The notes beneath the pieces are model-generated. The model was not told where the DNA came from, made no database searches, and saw only the letters and a program-made list of their open reading frames with translations. A program made the translations under genes and the position numbers. Shown in pieces: positions 1-11,300 of a DNA stretch of 28,323 nucleotides (positions within the stretch are counted from its first letter, which is position 1; each line of letters begins with the position of its first letter). The stretch covers positions 1 to 28,323 of the forward strand of contig JAQGDQ010001712.1 in assembly GCA_030141605.1 (NCBI GenBank), in the 5' to 3' direction. The stretch comes from Tubiluchus corallicola (taxonomy: Eukaryota > Animalia > Priapulida).

Positions 1-546
1 GAGACACAGAGAGACAGAGAGACACAGAGAGACAGAGACAGAGACAGAGACAGACAGAGACAGAGACAGAGACAGAGAGAGAGAGAGAGAAAGAGAGACA
101 CAGAGAGACAGTGAGAGACACGGAGAGACACAGAGAGACAGTGAGAGACAGAGAGAGACAGAGAGACACAGAGAGACACAGAGAGACACAGAGAGACAGA
201 GAGAGACACAGAGAGACAGAGAGAGACACAGAGAGACACAGAGAGACACAGAGAGAGACAGAGAGACACAGAGAGACACAGAGAGACAGAGAGAGACACA
301 GAGAGACAGAGACAGAGAGAGACAGAGAGAGACAGAGAGAGACAGAGAGAGACAGAGAGAGACAGAGAGACACAGAGAGACACAGAGAGACAGAGAGAGA
401 CACGGAGAGAGACACAGAGAGCAGGCGAGAGAGAGACACAGAGAGACAGGGAGAGACAGAGAGAGACAAAGAGAGAGACACAGAGAGACAGAGAGAGACA
501 CAGAGAGACAGAGAGAGAGACAGAGAGAGAGAGACAGAGAGACAGA
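1..546. repeat. Compound (GA)/(GACA)/(GAGACA) microsatellite
   Basis: Directly visible; it produces the spurious RDTERH ORF. Confidence 0.97.
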
Positions 547-549
547 AAC

Positions 550-1166
550 GGTAATTTATCGTTTCTTTTTGAAATTTTCATTTTTTTATTCAGAATTATG
601 AATAATTCGTACTAATTTTTTTCCGATTTAGGTCACATTCAAGATCGAATCTCGTCAATTTATGGACGAGCTGGCCAAAATTTTATTAATGATCTAAGTA
701 TGCCTGGTCAAGCTGTAAATAAACATATATTAATTATACTTCAAATACCCGCCCCAGTGGAGTTATGAGAATTTTAAAACAGGGTGTCATTCAGACTGTA
801 GCAGACACGCATCTTTCATGAGCTCATGATACCAACTGAAAGAGAATCTCAATTCATCAAACTCAATGTGGCAATAGGGCAAGACCCCTACTATATATAC
901 CACCCAGCAACTAGTCCTGGATCATTCATTTACTGCCTGTAATGATGTGACAAATATAGGTCATTTTTTTACGTCAAAATGGCCAAAATTCGAAAAAAAA
1001 TCAAAATGGCGGCCTATCTCCGAAACGGCTCATTTTTGATGTCTAATATTTTGGCTGTGGGGTACATCTGAGGGGATCATCCAACCCTGTAAATATGAAC
1101 AAAATCGGTGATTTGTCACCTTCCACTATTTTTTGACTTTTGCATGGTTTTCTCGCGGAATGACTC
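550..1166. mobile_element. Terminus of a Sola3-like (or other TTAA-targeting) DNA transposon; other end outside the window
   Basis: Ends ...GGAATGACTC followed by TTAA (1167-1170). GAG...CTC termini with a TTAA target and long TIRs are described for Sola3. The partner TIR is not visible. Confidence 0.45.
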
Positions 1167-1223
1167 TTAAGTTGTGCATGTATAGCACGTACACAATTTT
1201 GTGTATGTACTACAGCCTGTAAA

Positions 1224-1980
1224 GGGGGATAGACTCATTTTTTCCCAGAAAAGTTTTTTGCCGGAAAAATTATTTCCCAGAAAAATCTTCCCAAAACAGA
1301 TTTTTCCCAGAACCGAGATTTCGTAGAAAAATTTTCTCAGTACCGTCATTTCATAGAAAACTAAATTTGCAGAATACACTGAGTGAAGTATTTCACCTTA
1401 GAGGATTTCTTATGAATGAACTGGAATCCGGTCCTGCTATAAAGAACCTGTAAAAATTTGCGAAGAAGCATAGTTTATTTGGTGAATTTAGACCCCGAGA
1501 TGTTCACAAATCTGCACGGAGTTTTGCAAAATTTCGGTGTTTTCATGTTCTATATTATTTATTAAACCTTATTAAAATCCTACGAAAATTAAATGTATTT
1601 GAAGTGATTATATGCAGCAAAGATACGTTGCAAATACTTTTAAAGAATGCTATTTCATCTTAAAAACAACTTAAAATTGCAACAACAGATATAAAAGAAC
1701 AATATATTGTTTCAAAACAAAATCGTTTAAACGTTGTCATTGAAATGATTCTCATTTCCGATACAGTAGTCATTAGTCAAGGCATTGTAAATAATTAAAA
1801 AGTAGACAGAGCGAGAATGAGAAAAGGAAGAGGAAGAAGGAGAGAGAACAAGAAGGAACGAGAGCTAAAGTGGAAAAGAGAGAATGAGAGGGAGAAAGAG
1901 AAGATGAGAGGGAGAGAAAGAGAGCAAGTTGGAGAGAAAGAGATAGCGAGAGAGAGAGAGAGAATGGGAGAGAGGGGAAT

Positions 1981-2072
<92 letters not shown>

Positions 2073-2170
2073 AGAGAGAGAACAAGAGGGCTACGTGAGA
2101 GAGGAAGTGAAATGGGCAGAAGCAGAGAAAGAAGAGAGAAGGAAACACGGGGAGCAAGAGAGCGAAAGAG

Positions 2171-2201
<31 letters not shown>

Positions 2202-2723
2202 GGGAGTAAACATAATCACAATAATGATACGACACTTCCATTGTGAGTTCACGAGGGTCGCCTTGACATTCTGCTGTTTAGGAGTACTCAGCGCAGAACC
2301 TGAAAGTGCATATTAGAGAAAAGAGAAAAAAGGAGGCAGTAAGAGTTAGACAGAAGTCACAGAATGAGAGAGACAGAGTAGTGAGAGTAACGAAAACTAA
2401 GACGCATGTAAACTCAGGGTAGTACCTGAGAGTCCAAAACATAGAAAGAAGAAAAGGAGAAAGCAGCGAGAGATAAAGAGATTGAGAGAAAGGGGAGAGA
2501 GAAAGAGTAGAGAGATAAGCAGGGAAGGAGAGATAGAGATTGAAAGAGAGAATACGAGAGGAGAAAGAGAGAGGTAAGCGGAGAGACAGAGGAAAAAAGG
2601 ATAGAGAGAGGAGGAAAGAGAGGAAAATTTTTGGCAATTTTTTTGAGAAGTTGTTTTTTATGAGAAATGGTTTTTCTGTGAAAAAAATTCTGGGAAACAT
2701 TATTGGGAAACAGACGTGAACCC
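1224..2723. mobile_element. Foldback/Mutator-like non-autonomous element with modular inverted ends and a GA-rich core
   Basis: Left array of about 15-bp TTT(T)CCCAGAA-like units (1224-1375) after GGGGG; inverted TTCTGGGAAA-like units (about 2620-2710) ending in CCC at 2723. No clean TSD seen. Confidence 0.55.
1800..2625. repeat. Polypurine (GA)n-rich low-complexity tract with a pure (GA)n core near 1994-2067
   Basis: Directly visible; source of the RE- and SL-repeat ORFs. Confidence 0.95.
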
Positions 2724-4015
2724 TGCAGGTATAGTACTTACTGAGTTTTATACAGGTTTGTGTTATCGGTTTGCTCATTGTTTCAATTAGTTTACTTAGA
2801 TTTTTAATTATTTCTGCAGTCACTCTGATGCTTCCGCATTATATATAGTAAAATACAATATTATTTTTAGGGATAGAAAAATGTTGGTTGAAAGCGGAGA
2901 GTACGAGCGACTGAAATATGTAGAGGGTCCGTGCATGCTTGCGTATGATATTAATAATAAATGCTTTATTTCAAACGGCAAGCGAACCCAACTATTGATG
3001 ACATCACAAACTAACATAATTTTCAACAGCAGAAATATTCCACGAGTATGTTGCACGTGCTTGCAAAAGCGAAAATTGAAGAACAGTGCTACTGTAAGAT
3101 ATTCAGTGTGTTGTACTAAAACTAGGAAGTTTTAAGATAAAAATTCAAATTCACCGCTGTGCTCATGCATGTGTTGTCGAACGTGTGTAGTTCTTCACAA
3201 ACTAATGCAACACCTGAACTAAGAGGTACAGCACCTGTTTTTTGTGCAATGCTTTTCCGAAATGCAGGTCCTTTTTGAAAAAATAGTATGTTTCCTTTCA
3301 ATACTTTAAACAGTTGATTGCTTTGACTTACATAATGCGTACAGGAACACGTCCCTATAAACACAGGGCTGTTTTTAAACGTAGTTGATAAAAAGAAAAA
3401 GTACAATAATGTATAAAAACACATCTGCGCGTGCTGGTTGAATACATTATTCTTATCAAAATTAATTTGCACCCTTTAGAATCACGTATAATTCAAGTTA
3501 TGCACGTATGGTTAATAAACATCTCTACTTTTGTTTAAAATGTAAACTGATCGACATCACACTTGTATGGGAATTCAGGAAAAGTATCTGGTATCTGATA
3601 TGTGTGCCCGAGAGTGGACGTGCATGGACGTGCTCTTCACACTTTTTTCAGTTTTTTTCCCTGGCATTGCAGTGTGATGACTCCGTTTTTGACTGCATAA
3701 TTTACAAATTTATTGAGTTGGTACACGTTTATACAATATATTGATGATTAAAGCAAACTAAGTGGGTGTGCTCTGTTTCATGCACATATCGTCTGCCATA
3801 ACTACGTTATCCACGTCCAAAGTTCGCATCCTATAGCATGTACTATAGACAAACTGAGTAATTTCATTGCAGTGGTTAAACATTTCATATGTTGCTGTTT
3901 GATCTTGTTTTACACTAGAAACTGTTTGTAGGGTTTACGATTTACAGCAAACAAGCTGATAAGAGAATTAAAAGTAGGTTTGTATTCTATAGTAATTGTA
4001 CCAACTGTGAAAAGA

Positions 4016-4260
4016 TGTTTAAGTCTGTTATGCGGTGATAAAGTTAATATCATCAAGACGGCTTCTTAGGTTTGTACTAAAGTATAGAGTTACCACGACT
4101 TAATTAATGATTAATTTTGATTATTTGTTAAAATCGAGTTTCTAAACTGAAACTTAGCAAAAGTGGAAAAAAATAAAAGATCCTCAAAACGTTGGACGGG
4201 GTGATCTGTCATATTTATCTGTTATTAAGTTGTGGGATTCCCTACTGTTTAAGTCTGTTA
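4016..4260. repeat. 15-bp exact direct repeat TGTTTAAGTCTGTTA bracketing 215 bp
   Basis: Copies at 4016-4030 and 4246-4260. Confidence 0.75.
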
Positions 4261-5680
4261 CACACAATTGATTACTTAAAAAGCAAAAACGTTACAGCTA
4301 AAAATTTTGTGCACGTTTTGTGCAACTAAGGTTTTACATGAATATTCAGTCAGTTTTCGGACACAACAACACAGTAAGGCAGCGCTTTCACGTCATTCGG
4401 ATCACTGAAGATAAAGTTATATCGAAACACAACGTTCATACTTATAATATTATAATTGACCTAATAAGTAAACCACTCGGGCTTATTAGAACTCAAGGGG
4501 CTTTCAGAATCGTAGTGGTTTATAAAGGGCCTTGATTAGAAACGATGTTTAAAGGCGATATGATACTTGGTTGTGGTGTAGAGTCATGCATTTATGGCAT
4601 GTCATTGTGAAGTGTGATTCTGTGTGAACGGAGTTTGACTTTCGCTGAATCGACTCTTCTATTTCTGTATCTGTAACGTAGAGGAACCTACCTGCACGCT
4701 GATATGCTATATGTACGGTACCAGATATGCTGCCTATGTAATTAAAATCATCGCTTACCAAACTAGAGTTTACTTGTTTTTATGACAATTCTCCGTTTCT
4801 TAATTACTAAAACAGCTACCGCTACAATTTCATCTGTAATCGCGGGTTTGCGTGCTTGTAAGTATGCATTGATCACCAAGCTTTGTAGTCTACATGTTCT
4901 ATGAAGCAACAATATTGGCTCAAAACAAACGCAGAGACATGCGGGTAACATTAGGTCTACACGAGTCTCGTCAACGCAGTTCAATAACCTAAGTCCATCT
5001 CTGTCTCTGATCATTGGTTATTAATATTATAGTCGCAGAATCTGCCAGAAGTGGTATTGTTTGGAAGATTCGTGTTTATGCTTTTTTCAACCAAAAACAA
5101 ACCTTCAGAATCAGCATTATTTAAATGATTGACGTACTGGAATTTGTGGTTGGGTGAGTAACAATTTTCCAAGCAGAAAAAATAATGATTGTGTTGGTGA
5201 CTTGTAAATTTATTTCAGTATAGCCATACACAGTCCTAAGCGCATTAAGCAGCGTTAGACAAGACCTGGTACAGAAGGACTGTACAGGCCCCAGCAAAGC
5301 CTTAGTTCGCGATTCTCTCAAACAGTACACGGAACCTGGATGTCAAGTAGACCTATACGTCTGTGCTGTTTGCATCTATCAGATTGTCCCCCAGTCAGTT
5401 ACCTCTTTAAGGAAGGGTGTGTTGACAATTAGAGATTCTAAAGTATAAGGTACACGGTTGGTTTGGTGACTCATCTATTTAAGAGTCATCTTAGAAACTA
5501 AATTACCCATGACACGAACTAGGTTCTAGTTTAGATACGTCGTACAGCCGACATTATTAAATAGACCGCAGCTGGAGTACGGAATACTGGAATCCAGCTT
5601 ACAAAGTGCCGAACTGTATAAAAAAAACTACCATAAGACTTCAATTACTAAAAGATACTTGCTAATGGTACGACTTGTTA

Positions 5681-5896
5681 TCCTATATTATTAGAAATTT
5701 ACGAGGCCGCGAGAAAAATTGCTATGGTTGTAAATACGAAAACTCAGAAGACGGCAGTACTTTACAGTCTCATTATGCGCATGCTCAAAAATTGTCAACA
5801 AAATGTCGAACTGCACGTGCGATAAAATTTATCTCAATAAAAGTCACATTTTTGAAAAACTGGTGTAATAACGTCGCGGTTAATAAAAGCGCTTAG
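5681..5896 (+). mobile_element. Possible degenerate non-autonomous Helitron
   Basis: Starts A|TCCTATATTATTAG and ends GCGCTTAG|T after a weak GC hairpin. The canonical CTRR end is imperfect. Confidence 0.28.
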
Positions 5897-8257
5897 TAAA
5901 AGAATTTAAATTGAAATAAATGACTCATGGGCGTCACAGGTTAATTGAAGCGGTAGTGTATGATTATATTACACTGCACAGGCGAACATACTCGTACGTC
6001 CGTCTTGCGCGTTGTCTGTAACAAAATTCGCTTTACGTGTTGGTTGCAGTATGTAACTGTGTGTAGTACTGTAGACATTCGTCTAACCGCAAATGTATTG
6101 TTGTCATCACTGAATATTGAGCATTGAAAAATTGTTTCAGCTAAATGATTGTTGTTGCATTGTTTGTTTGTTTGCATATCGTCCACAAGTCAACAATTAA
6201 CGATTTCTAGTTATTCACACATCCTGAATCTCCATTTCGTGAGGGTCATTTGATACCAAGCTCATTGTTCCATGTTTTTTTCTAAACTGAGACAATCTAC
6301 CTTGAAGTTAAGGTGCACACTGCGCACTGAAAAACATTATCTTGAGAAAGTCGCTGCTAAAGTCAGCCATTGTTTTTTGTCGCGTCTCTACAAAACACTT
6401 GGCAGCAGTACAAAAGTGTGGTTGCTGTGGACTTTGCAAGAGCACATTGAAGTTATGTTTAAATCCAATAGATGGCTCTTCCTGACAAAAATTTGGGCTT
6501 GACAACAGAAAAAATCAGAGAAATGGGCACGGAGTTATAAAAAAAAATTGTAGTATTTTTTGGACATTTTCTTGATAATTTGATGCTAGAATGTAAAAGT
6601 CCAATATATTTAGCATTTGTTTTTATAGAAAACAAAAAAATGACCATTAGACCAAAATTTTGGGTGCTTTCTACTTCGAAGCATCATGTTGTAGCTTTTA
6701 TTATGCCGACTTATGGATGGTTTTGGTTTGCAAGGACACATTTGTTAACTCCTCTTTGACCTCTACTCAAGAATTCAATAGATCATATTAATTTCTCAAC
6801 ATGTTTGTAGTAGTAGTGGTAATTTATTGATGAAGATTATCTTGTTACACGGAGTGAAACACATTGCTAGTAGAATAACAATATATATCTTGTGTCCAGA
6901 AACAAAACCACGTTGTTTAACATTACTATCAAACAAAAATAACAAATAACACAAGATACATAAAAACAAATAAAGTTTGCATGACATACTGATGTGCTAA
7001 TGTATTTATTGTAACTGCAAACGTTACTGTTATTTAACTCCTTTGCCCTTGAAGTGGCAACTCTATTGTACAAGAAGGTACTTGCAGTGGCATGATGTGT
7101 ACAACATGATTCTCTTGAGATATGCTGCATTTAGGACGGTATTCAACCGTCTATAATAAATAATAACTTAAAGCTTGGACTCCGCATCAAGTAAAACATA
7201 AAACGTGAACTACATTTGCATGTTGTGAATTACGCATAAAATAGTTTGTATTACATTCAAACACATGGAACTGTTGCCATGTGTGAGTATTGTGCTAAGT
7301 GGGATGCATATTCGCCGGAGTGCATATAAGTAGTGCAAAATGCCCGCTTACCCAGCCAGTGTTTTGTGACATCAGACTTTGCCATTGCTCCACCTGATCC
7401 AGAAATTTGCAGAATTCTTAAGAAACAGTGGGCAAAGAATAAAAACATTATCAATGTTATTAAGGAAAAATCAGTCTAAACAACATCTCTGTAATGTAAG
7501 TGTGGGTGAGTGAGGAAGACTTAGACTTATTATTTAGTGCAAAAATTTTTGAATGCTGAAACAGCATTAAAAACTATGTTATATACTAGCACATCCTTCA
7601 AAAAACTTTACACAGAGTCGAAATTGTGTATAATAACGTATTGTTAGATTCATGCACTAATGACTAATAGTGCGTGGACCAAAAAAACACAAAAAATTAA
7701 ATTGGGATTTGAACTCGCATCTGTGAATAAATTGATATCACTAAGCAAGTGTCTTACTATTTATACTGTGGAAGATTTCTGTAATATTGATCTGTATCCA
7801 AGTGTTATAAAAGTCCGCATGATGATGAGCTCACACAATTACAGCACTCTTAAAATTCGAAGTGATAATTTCACGAAACTCAAACTAAAATTACACAAAT
7901 GACATTCACATTAGTTTAGGTGTCTTAAAAAACTACTTGTGCGACATTGAAGATGTTTCCCTTTCTAAGACAACTATAAAACTTTCTCCAAGACCCCAAT
8001 GAAGCTTCTCCGTTATAGTTTTTGTATGCGGTGTTTAGATAAAAAATTTGCTTGAAAACGAGATGTTGCCGAGAAAATCTTGTATTAATAAAATTAATAA
8101 ATATATGAATAAACTGTATATGTGTGTGTGTGCGTGTGTGTGCGTGCATGCGTGTGTGTTTATGTATTGATAATTTTTACATAGTTATTAATTGCAGTAT
8201 CTATTTATGTTTTATTTTTAGTGAATTGGTGGTACATTGTCCAGACAGTATAAAACA

Positions 8258-8348
8258 ATGGCTGCAGGTGTGAGCATACAGTCCCTAGGAAAAGGTGGTA
8301 TGGTGATGATTATGGTGTTGTCTCTGTTTTCTCATGTAGCTAGTCAAG
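8258..8348 (+). CDS. Cadherin coding exon 1 (ATG + signal peptide); exon begins at 8222 with 5' UTR
   Basis: Acceptor ttttatttttag ends at 8221; start context aaaacaATGg; hydrophobic MVMIMVLSLFSHVAS followed by Q; donor AAG|gtaatt at 8349, phase 1. Confidence 0.8.
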
Positions 8349-11300
8349 GTAATTTTTCTTCAGCAATTACGGCAATCGGAAATTTTGAGTCTGATGCAGC
8401 TTTTTTTATTTTTACAAGGAAGTATGATATTGTTATGTCACACTGAAACTTCTAATCTGGTTAACAGACACAAGCAGTTAGTAATGCAAGCAAAGCCATT
8501 TAAGTAATTATGTAATGCTAAATTGTTTGTCTGACAATGTGCAATATTATCTCGGTGTGATTTTGATCTTATCTACCTTATCCACAATTTTAATCTAAAA
8601 ATAAAGTAAAAATGCTCATTCACTTTTTTCATTGTTTACCTTATATAAAAAAAGAACAGATTTTTCTAATGAAACGTATGTCATTTCAATGTCTACCCGT
8701 GATTGGGTAAAAAAATTCATACAAGTTAGTGGTGACCCATACCATTTTTTAGAATTCTACCAGTACCTTCTTTCAGAAAATTAATAGGAGTTTTCGTTTT
8801 GGATAAGAATTTCTTTGAAATTGTATACTTTTAAAGTAATATGTACTAAGGTAGTTCCTAGATTTGTGGGCGACATACTGATGGAAAACCGAGCTAATAT
8901 ATAAAGTAACAAAAACAACCAATCTGTCTATGACCTTGAATTTTTTATCCTTAACAAAACTAAACTAAATTAAAATTGCATATATGGAAATAGTAGAAGT
9001 AAAAGTGTAAAACAATTAAAATTACGATTAAGAGCAGTGTAATAAACAATCACAGAGTGGAAGTAAAAATGTGGTTATAAAAAACTTAAGCTGTAGAAAA
9101 TTAAAATTTGAGTTTAAAAATAAAAAAGATGAAAGAATGTTTTATAAAATAACTATTTACGACAATAATTTTTAAGTCCAACAACCTAACAAATGAAGCT
9201 TCCACTTTTGCCTTTTTAGAATGTAACTTAGATTCTGACGATGCCCATGTCAGTATAGATGGTGTGTATGTGGCGATCTATGTAGACGAAACAGATGCTA
9301 ATGAAGGTGAGTATTTAGTCTAAAGAGCTACACATATTAGTCACCTTGTTCACCTTTATAGTAGAAACTGATGCTTCGACATTAATATGGAAAGAGACAA
9401 TGTTGATTAACTACGGGCGGCTATCCTGAACACTCAGTGATGCTGATTCCAATAATATTTCACCGTGAATGTGTTCTTCAGAATAACTGACTTCTTAAAT
9501 CAAGTTGTGGACTTTTTGACTTTTTGTGACCTCTTTAAGCAGTTATAGATGAGGCTGAATTGTTACATAAAGCTAATTAATTTTCATTTGGATGTTGCAT
9601 TCACTATACCATTGTCTGTACCCCTCCCTGCAACTTTCATGACCGAGATCCTCAGGTAACAAAACTGTTTGCCTCAGAGGCTTAATACATGTGGAAAAAG
9701 ATTTAAATGTAGCTGAAAGCCCTAGGAGGAGTGCATTATCAATCGACAAACGAACTGATGTTCAGTGTCCTTGACCCTTTGACCGAAGTCAGTATTTACC
9801 ATATTGTTGTCAAAGTGATTTAACATGACTTAAAAGTGGATGCCTTATAAAACTCGATGTCTAACTTAAACAGTATGAACAACAGAATGAACTAGACTGC
9901 TGTTTTTGACCAAATCACAAACTTAAGATTCTGCACTATATCTGACTGTAGAAAATCATTGACAACTTTATCTTTGTGCGAAGACCATGATTTCACTATT
10001 GCTCTTATTGCTGAGTTTGCCATGTCTGATTACCTAGGAAATGCTTTCCGTTTTGATGAACTGGAAACTTGTCACTTTTGGACACGCAAAATGCATGGGT
10101 CTGGGGTCTCAAAATCTGAATATTGTCTTCAATGAATTTGCCTCCCTTGTTTACCTAATAATTGCATTTCTTTTCATTGAAATTGCAAATTGTGACATTT
10201 TGAGCTGTTAGAGATCTACTTTGGTCAGGGATCAGTCAATCTTGAGCCAGCCAATGCGGTTCAATTTGTCTGTGATTAGACCACCCCCATTTTTCGAAAA
10301 ACATTTAATGCACATCTACATTTAAACGGCTACACATACGTGCAAAAACATGAGCTTTTAGTCGAATATTGTAAGTGGATTTGAATGACAAAGCCAATCG
10401 CACTAATCTTCGCATTTTGGCTCCTATCTCGGAATTTTCCTAGGCTTTATTTCTGAAAAATGCACAGTTACCCCACAAGACTTAAATACCTAAATGCCCG
10501 TGAAAAACATTTTGAATTTAACTTAATCCTTGTGTATTCAATTTTTTCAAGGGTATTTAGGTCTTTTTGGGTAGATGTGTTTTTTCAAAAAGTGGAGCCT
10601 AGAAAAATTAACTGAAAAATTAATTGAAAAACTGATAACAAGTGTCATTGACTTTTTGACCTTAGATCAGCGTTCAGCATACCACTGTCAGTTCCCCTGT
10701 CCCAGGTGTCTACCCTGATAGTTTTGTCACTCTAGCTGTTTTAATTTTGGAGTTATTAGATTTTCAAAATTAGAGAAACAATAAATAAACGAGTATTTGC
10801 AGAATCTTAATGAGAAACCAGCAAATGGGTTCTCTTACATTGGCCATGCTCATGAATAAAAAGGGACACGAAAGACCATCGATGGCAAAGTCATTTTGAG
10901 GTGTCCCTGTATAGGCATATCATTTTATTATGTTACGACAATCTTGCTGGCACAAGTTAGATTTGAACTGCTTCGCTTACTTGTGCACTGAGTGATTATT
11001 AATTTTAAAAATTGAAAAATATGAATGAAAACAGATGAAATACATATATTTATATTTGGTTAAAATTTATATGGTCAGTATTTATATATTTTTCACAAAA
11101 CTCTACAAGGAGATTGGTTTTTGCTTGTTGAAACTCCTTTTTCATTTACTTCGTATGAAGTCGTTGGATACAATTAATTGTCTGCCTTGTAGCATGTGTA
11201 TACTAAATCTTTACAGCATAACAGTGAAAAAATAAATGCAGTTTGATAGTTTCTTATGAAAATGAGAAGTTTTTGTTTAAGTATAGATTAGGCAGAAAGT

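Noticed and set aside
111-554. 147-aa RDTERH-repeat ORF
   Set aside because: Translation of a GA/CA microsatellite with a GTG start; no coding evidence.
1230-1380. CRISPR-like array
   Set aside because: Short degenerate units without unique spacers, in a eukaryotic context with no cas genes; better explained as transposon subterminal repeats.
1795-2823. Overlapping SL-rich and RE-rich ORFs
   Set aside because: Artefacts of the (GA)n/(CT)n tract.
7700-7770. B-box-like GGGATTTGAACTCG, with similar motifs near 10960 and 17850
   Set aside because: Possibly old SINE heads, but the similarity is too short and no A box or boundaries can be defined.
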